Assembly: GCA_041498295.1 (NCBI GenBank)
Contig: JBGQIB010000005.1
Location: 1-58,293, forward strand
Reading direction: 5' to 3'
From: a bacterium
GTDB lineage: Bacteria; Myxococcota_A; UBA9160; SZUA-336
Length of the DNA: 58,293 nucleotides
Numbering within the stretch: position 1 is the stretch's first letter; each line of letters starts with the position of its first letter. Under the pieces are notes generated by a model. It was given only the letters and a program-made list of their open reading frames with translations, was not told where the DNA came from and did not search any database. A program made the translations under genes and the position numbers. Shown here in pieces: positions 28,824 through 38,095 of this stretch.

Positions 28824-28835
28824 CACCCTGGCTTG

Positions 28836-29615
28836 CTACGGCTTCACGAACTTCAGCATGAAGCGATCGCTCGTCCCGCGCCTCTCGCCCGCGACGCGCG
28901 GCGAGGTGCTCCACGTACGATCGTCGTTCGGGTTCCGCAGCGCGCTCGACGCGGCCTCGAGCTTGAACCCCGCCTTCTCGACTTCCTGAGTCAGGAACGA
29001 CTCGTGGATGCGGTGCAGCTGGAGTGACTCGGGTCCGCTGCCGGGCTTCGCACTGTGGTCGACGATTCCGTAGGCGCCGCCTTTGCGGAGCGCACGGAAG
29101 ACGATGGCGTTGATCTTGTCGCGGTCGAGGTTCTGCAAGACGAGGTCGTGGTAGTTCATGTTGATGACGACCAGGTCGAGCGAGCCGGCGGGCGCGGGCA
29201 GGAAGTCGTCCGCCATGTTCTTGTGCACGGCGACGACGTTCGCGAGCTCGGGTCGAGTGAGTCGGTCGGTCCACGCCTTCTCGATCGCTTGCATCTCGGG
29301 CGGGAAGATCGGCTCTTGCGAGTAGACTTTGCCCTTCGGGCCGACGGTCCGAGCGAGGAGTTCGGTGGTGTAGCCTCCGCCCGCGAAGAGGTCGGCGACT
29401 TTCATCCCGGGCGCGACGCCGAAGAACGCGAGCATCTGCTCGGGCAGGCGGCCGGCGTCGAGCGCCTTGTCGGCGTCGGGTCGATCGGGAGCACTCACTG
29501 CGGCGTAAATCGCAGCGGGGATCTTGTCGGGTGCGATCGGCGCGAACTGTTCGATCTTCGCCTCTCCGCTGAATGCCAGCGCGGCGATCACCGCGATAGA
29601 AAACGCTCTCATCAC
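28836..29615 (-). CDS. Class I SAM-dependent methyltransferase with N-terminal signal-like sequence
   Basis: VADLFAGGGYTTELLA, NYHDL, IVDH, SDRFMLKFVKP. Confidence 0.85.
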   Translation of the reverse strand: MMRAFSIAVIAALAFSGEAKIEQFAPIAPDKIPAAIYAAVSAPDRPDADKALDAGRLPEQMLAFFGVAPGMKVADLFAGGGYTTELLARTVGPKGKVYSQEPIFPPEMQAIEKAWTDRLTRPELANVVAVHKNMADDFLPAPAGSLDLVVINMNYHDLVLQNLDRDKINAIVFRALRKGGAYGIVDHSAKPGSGPESLQLHRIHESFLTQEVEKAGFKLEAASSALRNPNDDRTWSTSPRVAGERRGTSDRFMLKFVKP

Positions 29616-30268
29616 GCCCCGGCCCTCGCCTTCAGCCCGTGCTGCTTCATGCGCCAGACGAGTAACTCGATGCGATCCTGGCCGAAGAACGGCTCGCCCT
29701 GGAACGCCATCGTCGGCACGCCCCAGTGGCCGGCCTTGGCGAGCGCGTTCTGGTTCTCCTCGATCACGGCGTCGAGGCGCGCGGCTTCGCGCACCACCAG
29801 GGCGTCCATTTCCTCGAGGCTACAGCCCGCGCGCTTGGCGGCGTCGGCCAGGTGCGTGCCCTCGTTCCAGCCCTCGGTCCCGCCGAAGATCACGCGCGAG
29901 AGCTCGTCTAGGAACGCGAGGCCGCGGCCGCGCTCGCCGGCGAGCGCGCCCAGGCGCGTGAGGCGGTAGATGTACGGCTGGTCGGCGGCCACTTTGCGCG
30001 AGGGAAACTCCTGCACGATCGGGTCGGGGCGGGGCCAGGCGTAGGCCAGGCCGAGTGACTCGGCGATGCGCATCGTGTCGCGGAACAGGTAGGGCGGCCA
30101 GAGCGGGTTCATGCGGTCGAAGAAGCCGTCGATACGCACCGCGATCGGCAGCACCGGACGCACGTGCACGTCGAGGTCGTAGCGCTGCGCGAGCTCCACG
30201 AGCCGCGGCGTCGCCAGGTACGAGTACGGGCTGCGGAAGGACCAGAAGAGATCGATTTCGAGCGTCAT
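29612..30268 (-). CDS. DsbA-like 2-hydroxychromene-2-carboxylate isomerase (GST-kappa) family
   Basis: FWSFRSPYSYL, GHWGVPTM, FFGQDRI. Confidence 0.9.
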   Translation of the reverse strand: MTLEIDLFWSFRSPYSYLATPRLVELAQRYDLDVHVRPVLPIAVRIDGFFDRMNPLWPPYLFRDTMRIAESLGLAYAWPRPDPIVQEFPSRKVAADQPYIYRLTRLGALAGERGRGLAFLDELSRVIFGGTEGWNEGTHLADAAKRAGCSLEEMDALVVREAARLDAVIEENQNALAKAGHWGVPTMAFQGEPFFGQDRIELLVWRMKQHGLKARAGA

Positions 30269-30574
30269 GGTCCGGCCATCGTCTCAGATCCCGGTACGGA
30301 TGTCTGTGCCACGCCGGTGCAGTTCGCCACTCGTCCGGAGGGGGTGCGACCACGGGCAACGGCGCGCGACCATGGCAACCTGACTCGTAAGTCGCCTCGG
30401 AAGGGTCCTACGGAATCCCAAGTTAATCCCAGGCAAGGCTTCCGTGCGTCGGAGTAGTCTCCGCTCGGAGAGTCGCTGCAGGACGCACCTGCATGCGGGG
30501 AACACTCGTGGACATCGCACAGCCGACAGACAAACATCCGGGGCACGCGGCCGAGGTGCGCGGCTGGGGCGACC

Positions 30575-30940
30575 TTGGCTAGCAACCGACCCCACGGCGT
30601 CAGGGTGGCCTGCATTCTGGTTGCAATCGTGGGAACCGCGGCATTGGCAACTCCGCTTCGAGCGTCTGCAGACTGCACAAAGGACTCAGACTGTAAGGCG
30701 GACCGAATTTGCGAGAATGGAACTTGCGCGAGCCCGCGGCCTACGAGCGGTGACGACGCTGATGATCGACCTTCCCGGGGACGTACTTCTCGACGTTCCT
30801 CACGTGAGGACGACCTTCCTTACTACTGCTGCATCCCTACTGGGCGATTCGGACCATTCCCGAACTACAGCACCCCTGCTGGCGGGCCGTGCTGGGTGGG
30901 GTCTGCATATGGACCGATACTGGGAACCACGTGTTTCTAG
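30575..30940 (+). CDS. Small secreted Cys-rich protein
   Basis: Signal peptide, CTKDSDCKADRICENGTC, linker, YCCIPTGR..PCWV..TTCF. Confidence 0.65.
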   Translation: MASNRPHGVRVACILVAIVGTAALATPLRASADCTKDSDCKADRICENGTCASPRPTSGDDADDRPSRGRTSRRSSREDDLPYYCCIPTGRFGPFPNYSTPAGGPCWVGSAYGPILGTTCF

Positions 30941-30954
30941 CTGAATAGGCTCCG

Positions 30955-31707
30955 ATGTCTCTCGCTCGCCAGTCGAAGATCGAAAGGGTAACTGCCATGC
31001 CAGGCATCGGACCAGACAGCGCCCAGACCGCTTTTGTTGACTGGGGAATACCGGCATTCGGCGTTCTTCTCGTCGCCGGCACCTTCTTTTCGCTCTTCCA
31101 CCCTATCGCGCGATCTCTTCTCGCGCGACCGGTAAAGCTCGATACCACGCCATTCAAGTTCGAGATCACAACGATGACGCTCCTCGTTCTGGTTGGCGTC
31201 GCTATGATCACTCCGAGCGTCTATCTCAGAATCTTCGACTATCGCGGAGAGCTCGACAGCAAACAGAAAAAGCTCGAAGACACCGAGCGTCGGCTCGAAG
31301 CTGTCGAAGGAGAGGCGGAGATCCCACTCACGCCGAATGTGATTTTGGAGTCGCTACCGGACGACACACCGGTGGACGTCTTGCAGGCAAAATACAAGCT
31401 GTACGGTCACGATCCAGCGTCCGCCGCTCTTCAGGTTGTCGCAGGAGGTAAGAAGGCCAGCGACGGAAGAATCGTCGGCGCTACTCAATACAAGATCAAT
31501 ATCCCGGGAATCAAGAAAGAGAGCGTCATCCAGCGAATCGAGGTGTACGAACCCTCGAGCGGAGCCAGATGGGAGTCCGATACGATCTTCGGTCCCCTCG
31601 AACCCGTTTACACGCTCCATCGGAAGGACCACTCAACACCCGCAAGCGCTCCGGCATCGCCCGCCGTGGGCCCGCCAGTGGCCTCGAGTTCCGTGGCTTC
31701 CCCGTGA
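30955..31707 (+). CDS. Hypothetical membrane protein (2 TM, coiled coil, beta-rich domain)
   Basis: 250-aa ORF, hydrophobic segments, LDSKQKKLEDTERRLEAV. Confidence 0.55.
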   Translation: MSLARQSKIERVTAMPGIGPDSAQTAFVDWGIPAFGVLLVAGTFFSLFHPIARSLLARPVKLDTTPFKFEITTMTLLVLVGVAMITPSVYLRIFDYRGELDSKQKKLEDTERRLEAVEGEAEIPLTPNVILESLPDDTPVDVLQAKYKLYGHDPASAALQVVAGGKKASDGRIVGATQYKINIPGIKKESVIQRIEVYEPSSGARWESDTIFGPLEPVYTLHRKDHSTPASAPASPAVGPPVASSSVASP

Positions 31708-31846
31708 CGGGGTACTCCCGTCGCTCACGGCGAGTCGGCGGTTGCGACGAAGGACGGACCGTCGAACCACCCGCCACGAGTCGCGCGATTCGCATGTCGA
31801 ATCCTCCACGCACGGAACGACGCGAGAGGCGACCTGGATATAGAGA

Positions 31847-32595
31847 TCAGTGCGAAGCGCCGGCCTTCTCTTCATCCTCGGCGTGTTGCGCGAGCTGTGT
31901 CTGCAGATCTGAGAACGACCGCACCAATCCCCGCTTCAGTAGCGAGTCGTAGTGGAAGTCTGCACCGAGTACATAGAGCCAAACGACGCCTCCCTCGAGC
32001 TCAGTCACTCCACCGGACCAGACGAGCTTCCCCGTCTTGCGATCCTCAAGTCTCATCTCGAGGCGAAGCTCGCTTGAATAGGCCCCGGTCGGAAACCCGA
32101 TCAGCCAGAGAAGCGGACCTTCGACCGACATGCCGTACGTGATCACCTTCGCGTCGCAACGCGTCGAGTGGAGCTGGCTCCGAAGCACGAGATCGCCGTC
32201 CGAAGGCCGATACCCGAAGAATGTCTCCTTGAACAAGCCCAGATTCTGGAGATCCTGCGCGATCGCCTTCGCGATGTCCTCCGATGGACGGAAGTTCCAC
32301 ACGCCGCTCGTCAGATGTCTCTCTGGCCCTTCCGGAGTGTCGAAGGTCATCCAACCAAAGGGCATCAGCGGGATGAGATAGAGGAAAAAGAGATTCGAGT
32401 TCTCGTTGGTGCGAAGGTCCTCGGTTGGCAGGACGACACTGACTTGGCGAGAACCGGCTCGCGAGCCACTGGCGCCTCTGGCCGGTAGGCCCATGACCGA
32501 GTGGAAGCGCAACCAGTCAGCACGCAGAGCGATAGACCCACTGCCGCTCCGGCACCCCGTGTTGGAGATGCGCGAACTCGAGGCAGCGCAGACAT
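31847..32595 (-). CDS. Hypothetical lipoprotein with a 1-nt frameshift near 32437
   Basis: AAGGAG RBS, lipobox VLTGC in first frame; continues VVLPTEDLR in second frame. Confidence 0.6.
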
Positions 32596-32676
32596 CGTCT
32601 CTCCTTGGCCGGAGCGATCCTACCACCAAACAGAAGAGAGACGAATCAGGTTCTCGAGCCGCGATCCTTCAAACAA

Positions 32677-33030
32677 TCAAGACTGCTCGGGATGCTTGGA
32701 GAGATTGCGGCTCACGATCATTTCTGCGGCAATCTTCGTGGCGTATGACCTCGTCATCGTCTCGTCTCCTAGCTCTCGGTAGGCGGCTAGAAGTGCGTGA
32801 CAGAGCAGGTTTCGTTCAAGCGTTTCCGCCGGGAACGACGGAAACGACTCCCCGTCCTCGACGGCGTGAAGCTCGCGGAGACCTTTAGCGACACACTCTC
32901 CGCCCGCGAGAGTCCTACCCCAGGAAGCGAGGACACGAAACATTGGCCGAGGATGAACCGGGCTGAACGCGCTGCAGAGATCGTGCTCCATCGCGTCGTA
33001 GTCACTCGGATCTTGTGATTGCAGTGCCAA
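32677..33030 (-). CDS. Hypothetical protein, possibly the frameshifted C-terminus of 33002-33994
   Basis: TPR-like LLAAYRELGD; overlaps the upstream ORF. Confidence 0.35.
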   Translation of the reverse strand: MALQSQDPSDYDAMEHDLCSAFSPVHPRPMFRVLASWGRTLAGGECVAKGLRELHAVEDGESFPSFPAETLERNLLCHALLAAYRELGDETMTRSYATKIAAEMIVSRNLSKHPEQS

Positions 33031-33994
33031 TGCGATCCTCTGCGGAGTTGCCTTCAGAGGGGAGGCCGGATCGCGAGCAAGCGAAGCCCTCTTCCGCAGG
33101 AATTGCCCCGTACTCCAGCGTCATCTTCAAGTCGAGGTCACTACGAATCTTGCAAAGCATGCTCGCTGTCCAGTAGTGGTGAATCGCGAGCTGAGTGTGA
33201 ATGAGACATGCGGGATAAGTCAGAGCAGTCTGAGCCTGCCTCAGACGGTTCGCTCCAGCTTGGTAGTTCCCAAGGCCGACCCGTCGAAGCTGTAGCTGCA
33301 CAGCGGTCGCCGAGACTCTCATGGCTCGTCGGACGAGGTGTGGCAACAGCTCGACTGGATCCATCTCCGCGTGACCGTCGATCCATAGCGCCGTCATGGC
33401 CTGGAGCTGAAGAAGAAGCATCTCCAAACTGAAGGATACGATTGGCAGTCGATGCGAAAACAGCACTGAGTCGAAGAGCCGCTGGCAAACCCCTTCTAGC
33501 GTCACAGCACCCTTCCGTAGTTGTACGGCGGCCTGTCTGAAGTCACTTCGTCCGGGAAACGCCTTTGACGGATCGCCGCACAGGAGGCGAGCCGCGGTTG
33601 CAAGGAGACCGGCATTCGAGCCTGGCGCTAGCAGTCCTTGACTGACTGCCTGCTTAACGTCTTCAACTAGTTGCGAAACAGTTGCCGTCAGCGTGGGGTA
33701 CTCATCGAGATCCGGCAGCTCCATGATGAGGTCCTTCGGGCCGGTGGGCGGCTCATCGCGGTGCTCTCCAGGCGCGATGCTGATGTAGGCTGGTGGCTTT
33801 GCAATGTCTTGTTGGACTCGCCACCATACGCGGCGCCCATCGACGGCTCTCGGCCCGTTCGCCATCGCCTTCGCGATTTGCTGGCCGCGATCCGACTGCA
33901 TCGTCGGCTCGATGGCGATAGCCGCTAACGCGTGGGCGAGTGCGACTTCATAGGCGCCGAGGATGAATTCTCCGCCGAACACCTCTGCCTTCAT
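33002..33994 (-). CDS. Hypothetical protein
   Basis: Start MKAEVF from ATGA overlap with the upstream gene; atypical codon usage. Confidence 0.5.
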   Translation of the reverse strand: MKAEVFGGEFILGAYEVALAHALAAIAIEPTMQSDRGQQIAKAMANGPRAVDGRRVWWRVQQDIAKPPAYISIAPGEHRDEPPTGPKDLIMELPDLDEYPTLTATVSQLVEDVKQAVSQGLLAPGSNAGLLATAARLLCGDPSKAFPGRSDFRQAAVQLRKGAVTLEGVCQRLFDSVLFSHRLPIVSFSLEMLLLQLQAMTALWIDGHAEMDPVELLPHLVRRAMRVSATAVQLQLRRVGLGNYQAGANRLRQAQTALTYPACLIHTQLAIHHYWTASMLCKIRSDLDLKMTLEYGAIPAEEGFACSRSGLPSEGNSAEDRIGTAITRSE

Positions 33995-34524
33995 GGCTTC
34001 CGGGTCAGCGTGTCTCGGAGCGCCGCGGAGAGCTCTCCCGCGCGTTCGCGAGCTAGCTCGTCGGGCATGCCGAGTGAACGCAAGACGGCCGCGAGCTCCC
34101 GGGTTGCCGCGGCCGATTTCTGTTGCTCCAAGAGCCGCGGCTGAATGCTTGAGCTCCATGACTCCATCAACTCAGTGAGATATCGGTGAGTTTCCTTGAG
34201 CTGGGCCGTCGCGACTGTCGAAACATCCTGGAGCAGGACACCGAAGGCGTCTCGAAGCTTCTCTCCCAGCTCCTCGGCGCCGAGGAAGCCCTTGAAGAAG
34301 GCAATGCCGCACGCGAGCGCTACCGCTTGAGGGATATTGGGGTCAATCTGGTGGCGTTCGCCTGTCTCGTCGAAGCGGTAGTATGCATCGGTTCCGAGGC
34401 TGAGCTTGATGACGTCCAGGAACGCTCGTGAGTCAACCAACTCCGATGTCTCCCATCTGACTGGCATGATACCAGCGAGGAAGAAACGAGAGGGAGCGAA
34501 ATTTCGCCTATGACTCAGGGTCAC
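33991..34524 (-). CDS. Hypothetical protein
   Basis: 177-aa ORF coupled to the downstream gene; start uncertain. Confidence 0.5.
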   Translation of the reverse strand: MTLSHRRNFAPSRFFLAGIMPVRWETSELVDSRAFLDVIKLSLGTDAYYRFDETGERHQIDPNIPQAVALACGIAFFKGFLGAEELGEKLRDAFGVLLQDVSTVATAQLKETHRYLTELMESWSSSIQPRLLEQQKSAAATRELAAVLRSLGMPDELARERAGELSAALRDTLTRKP

Positions 34525-34589
34525 CTCGCTGGATTGCAGAACTCGAGGTTGGCGAGATCCCTAGATCGCCAGCGTGGGATCGCAGCTCG

Positions 34590-35369
34590 TTACAGAATCT
34601 CCGCCCCTGGCGCGTCGAAGTCGAGCGCGTGACCCGCGCCGGCGACGACTTGGATCTCGGTCCCACCGGCGAGTCCCTGCGCGAAGCGCTTCGCGTAGCT
34701 CGCGGGGACGACGCGGTCCTCCGCGCCCCAGACGAGCTTCACGGGGCAGGTGACTCGGTGGAGGCGCTTCGCGAGGCCCAGCTCACCGAGCGGCCAGAGC
34801 AGGCGCGAGGCGGACTCGGTGGCGCGGGCCTGGAGGATCGCCCACTCGGTCGCGTCGTCGGCCGAGAGACTCGCGGGCGGAGTGAGTCGCTCCTTCGCGA
34901 ACTCGGCGGGCTTTGTCGAGAACAGCGGCGCGATCTCGGGCGCGCGGCGCGCCCACGGGTCGGCGGGCGGCTCCGCCTCGTCGTAGAGCCCCAAGGGCGC
35001 GATCAGCACCAGGCTCTTCACCGAGGCGCGTGAGAACGCGGCGACTTCGGCGGCGAGCATGCCGCCGACCGAGTGACCGACCAGCGCGCGGCCGTCGAGG
35101 CCCGAAGCTTCGAGCAAGTCGAGCATGCAGATGACCCAGTCCGGGAGTGAGTCGAGCTGCTTGTGCAGGAGCCCCCCGCCCGGGAAGCCGGGCAGCGAGG
35201 GCACGATCACGCGGCGCCGCTCCGCGAGCTTGTCGAGAAACGGCGTCCACGCGAGCAAACCCCCGAGCCCGGCCAAGTAACCGAGCGGCTCGCCAGTACC
35301 CTTCTCCCAAATGCGAATCTGCTCGCCGCCGATGCGGACATAGCTCTCCTTCACGCCGGCCGCAGTCAT
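34590..35369 (-). CDS. Alpha/beta hydrolase, C-terminus apparently shortened
   Basis: GHSVGG nucleophile elbow, WGAEDRVVP, GAGH; ends 12 aa after the His. Confidence 0.85.
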   Translation of the reverse strand: MTAAGVKESYVRIGGEQIRIWEKGTGEPLGYLAGLGGLLAWTPFLDKLAERRRVIVPSLPGFPGGGLLHKQLDSLPDWVICMLDLLEASGLDGRALVGHSVGGMLAAEVAAFSRASVKSLVLIAPLGLYDEAEPPADPWARRAPEIAPLFSTKPAEFAKERLTPPASLSADDATEWAILQARATESASRLLWPLGELGLAKRLHRVTCPVKLVWGAEDRVVPASYAKRFAQGLAGGTEIQVVAGAGHALDFDAPGAEIL

Positions 35370-36619
35370 CGCACCACCACCGAGCGCGGGTTCGAGCGCT
35401 CCTCGCGCGGCAGCGGCTTCGGCCACCAGCGGTTCTCCCACTTGTCCTCGAACAGACCCTTCAGCTGCGGCGCGACGCGCTTCGCGAAGAGCTCCGTGTT
35501 GTAGAACGCGGTCTCCTTGTTCATGTTGCCGAACTGCAGAAGCATCATGAGCTGGCCGACGTTCATGTTCACCGCGACCTCGCGTAGCTTCTCGGCGACT
35601 TCGTCGGGGCTGCCGATGATCACGTAGCCTTTGTCGACGATCTCCTCGAACGGCGGCGGGCCGAAGGCGACGGCGTCCGTGGCCTTGTTCGCGGCGGCGA
35701 CGACCTGCGACGAGACACGCGCGCGGATCGTGGCTTCGCTCGAGTAACCCGCGGGGTTCGCGTAGCGCGCGTCGACGTGCAGACAGCGGTTGAAGAAATA
35801 CTCGGCCGGCTCGCGGTAGAGCTCGAGCGCTTCCTTCTTCGTCTCCGCCACGCCGACGAACTGCAGGAAGCCGGCGCGGAACGGATTGCGGTCCTTGCCG
35901 AGTCGGTCCATCTCGTTCCAGAAGCCCTCCATCGTGGCCTGGCCGAGCTTGTAACCGAAGTAGGAGAGATACGCGTAGACGTAGTCCATCTCGGCGCACC
36001 AACGCCACGTCTCGACCGAGCCGCCACCGGGGATCCAGACGGGCGGGTGCGGCTTCTGCAGCGGGCGCGGCCACGGGTTCACGTAGCGCAGCTTGTTGAA
36101 GCGGCCGTTCCACGCGAACGTGTCGGGCTCGGTCCACGACTTGATGATCAGGTCGTGCGCCTCGAGATACTTCTCGCGTAGCTGACTCGGGTTCTGGCCG
36201 TACGCGAAGCAGGTGTCCATGGGCGTGCCGACCGGGAAGCCGGCGACGAGGCGTCCGCCCGAGATGCAGTCGAGCATCGCGAACTCTTCCGCGACGCGTG
36301 TCGGCGGGTTGTAGAGCGCGAGTGAGTTGCCCATGACCACGATCGCGGCGTCGCGCGTGCGGCGCGCGAGAGCCGCGGCAATGAGATTCGGCGACGGCAT
36401 GAGCCCATACGCGTTCTGGTGGTGCTCGTTCACGCACACGCCGTCGAAGCCGATCTCTGCGGCAAACTCGAGCTCGTCAATGAAGTCGTTGTACATCGTG
36501 TGCGCCTTGGCGGGATCGAACAGGCGCGAATCGATGTCGACCCACACCGACGGGTGCTTCTTGGTGAAGTCGTCGGGCAGATCCGTGTACGGCATCAGAT
36601 GGAACCAGAGAAGCTTCAT
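35366..36619 (-). CDS. LLM-class flavin-dependent oxidoreductase
   Basis: GFDGVCVNEHH, PTRVAEEFAMLDCISGGRL, PLQKPHPPVW. Confidence 0.9.
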   Translation of the reverse strand: MKLLWFHLMPYTDLPDDFTKKHPSVWVDIDSRLFDPAKAHTMYNDFIDELEFAAEIGFDGVCVNEHHQNAYGLMPSPNLIAAALARRTRDAAIVVMGNSLALYNPPTRVAEEFAMLDCISGGRLVAGFPVGTPMDTCFAYGQNPSQLREKYLEAHDLIIKSWTEPDTFAWNGRFNKLRYVNPWPRPLQKPHPPVWIPGGGSVETWRWCAEMDYVYAYLSYFGYKLGQATMEGFWNEMDRLGKDRNPFRAGFLQFVGVAETKKEALELYREPAEYFFNRCLHVDARYANPAGYSSEATIRARVSSQVVAAANKATDAVAFGPPPFEEIVDKGYVIIGSPDEVAEKLREVAVNMNVGQLMMLLQFGNMNKETAFYNTELFAKRVAPQLKGLFEDKWENRWWPKPLPREERSNPRSVVVR

Positions 36620-37221
36620 CGGTGTACCTCTCGGGGGACGGCCGTCCCCGCCAGGTTGTGAAGTGAGTCGCGCAGCAGCGCGCGAGCGCGCTCGAAGCCG
36701 AGACGCTCGTCGAAGAACGCCGACGTGGAAAGCCCGACGATCAGCGCGTAGCCGGCCTCGGCGGCGTCTTCCGCCGAGAGACCCGGCGCGCGCCCGACCG
36801 CCGCGAAGGTGTGCGCGAGCCAGCCTTTCACCATGTGATCGAATTGCACCTTCGTGGCGTGCAGCGTCTTGTCGTGCACCGCGAGGCCGAAGAACTCGAG
36901 CGTGATGCCGAGGTCGTTCTTGTCGAGCAGCTTTCCGCCGAAGAAGTATTCGGCGACCTTCACGAGGCGCTGCTCGCATGGCGCGTCGTCGAGCGCGGCG
37001 AGGCCGGTCATGATCTGCGCGGTCACGGCCTCGAAGCACGAGTTCAGGATCTCTTCCTTGCCCTTGAAGTAGTAGAGCAGGTGACTCGGCGTCATGTGCG
37101 CCGCGCGCGCGACGTCGGCCAAGCTGGTCGCCGCGAAGCCGCGCGCGAGCATGCGCTCGCACAGCGCCGCGACGATCTGGTCGCGTCGCGACTTCTGACT
37201 CAGCATCTTCTGCGCGCTCAC
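36616..37221 (-). CDS. TetR/AcrR family regulator
   Basis: GFAATSLADVARAAHMTPSHLLYYFKGKEEIL. Confidence 0.9.
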   Translation of the reverse strand: MSAQKMLSQKSRRDQIVAALCERMLARGFAATSLADVARAAHMTPSHLLYYFKGKEEILNSCFEAVTAQIMTGLAALDDAPCEQRLVKVAEYFFGGKLLDKNDLGITLEFFGLAVHDKTLHATKVQFDHMVKGWLAHTFAAVGRAPGLSAEDAAEAGYALIVGLSTSAFFDERLGFERARALLRDSLHNLAGTAVPREVHR

Positions 37222-38000
37222 TTGCCCTTCCAGAGCGGCTTCCGCTTCTCCGCGAACGCCTTCGGCCCCTCGACGAAGTCGTGACTGCGCACCATCTCGC
37301 CGATCGCGGGATAGCGCGAGTTGTCGGTTGCCTCCTTCAAGTCGGCGACGTTCAAGCTGCCCATCACCGTCTGCTTGCTCGCGCGGATCGAGACCGGCGA
37401 GCATTCGAGAATCTGCTCCGCCCACTGGCGCGCGCGCTTCATGAGCTCCTCGTGCGGCGCGACGTCGGTGACGAAGCCGAGCTCCTTCCCTTCCTGCGCC
37501 GATACGCGCCGGCCGGTGAGGATCATGCCCATCGCCTGCTTCAGCGGCACCATGCGCGGCAGCCGCTGCAAGCCGCCCGCGAGCGCCGCGAGCCCGACGC
37601 GCGGCTCGGGCAGCGCGAACAGCGCCTTCTCCGCCGACGCGATGATCAAGTCACACGCGAGCGCGATCTCGAAGCCGCCGCCCATCGCGACGCCGTTCAC
37701 CGCCGCGATCACCGGCTTGGTCATGCCGAAACGCGCAGTGAGTCCCGCGAAGCCCTTCTCGGGTTGGCCGCGCATGTCGCCGCCGGTCGCCTGGTGCTTC
37801 AGGTCGTTGCCGGCCGAGAACGCGCGGTCGCCGGCGCCGGTGATGATGCCGATCCAGAGCAGGGAGTCGGCTTCGAACTCGTCCCACGCCGCCGACAGCT
37901 CGCGATTCGCCGCTGGGTGCAGCGCGTTCATCACGTCGGGCCGGTTCATCGTGACGGTGAAGATGTGCCCGTCGCGCTCGGTCTTGCAGAACTCGGGCAT
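37218..38000 (-). CDS. Enoyl-CoA hydratase (crotonase, CaiD-like)
   Basis: AFSAGNDLK, AMGGGFEIALACD, LPEPRVGL. Confidence 0.95.
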   Translation of the reverse strand: MPEFCKTERDGHIFTVTMNRPDVMNALHPAANRELSAAWDEFEADSLLWIGIITGAGDRAFSAGNDLKHQATGGDMRGQPEKGFAGLTARFGMTKPVIAAVNGVAMGGGFEIALACDLIIASAEKALFALPEPRVGLAALAGGLQRLPRMVPLKQAMGMILTGRRVSAQEGKELGFVTDVAPHEELMKRARQWAEQILECSPVSIRASKQTVMGSLNVADLKEATDNSRYPAIGEMVRSHDFVEGPKAFAEKRKPLWKGK

Positions 38001-38095
38001 CCCTACCCTCCCGCTTTGAACGCCATTCTACATCCCCGGTCGGGTACGATGCGCGCGCCCGCGGCGCCTCGCGCGCGGGTGGGAATGGAGATGCG

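Noticed and set aside
30270-30574. Short hairpins (CGGAG-TAGT-CTCCG, TGCAGG-ACGCA-CCTGCA) suggesting a tRNA or ncRNA
   Set aside because: No cloverleaf, T-loop or CCA; stems too short for this GC content
20960-34590. Prophage, IS, integron or CRISPR interpretation of the variable region
   Set aside because: No integrase, transposase, phage gene, attC-like site or spaced repeat array seen
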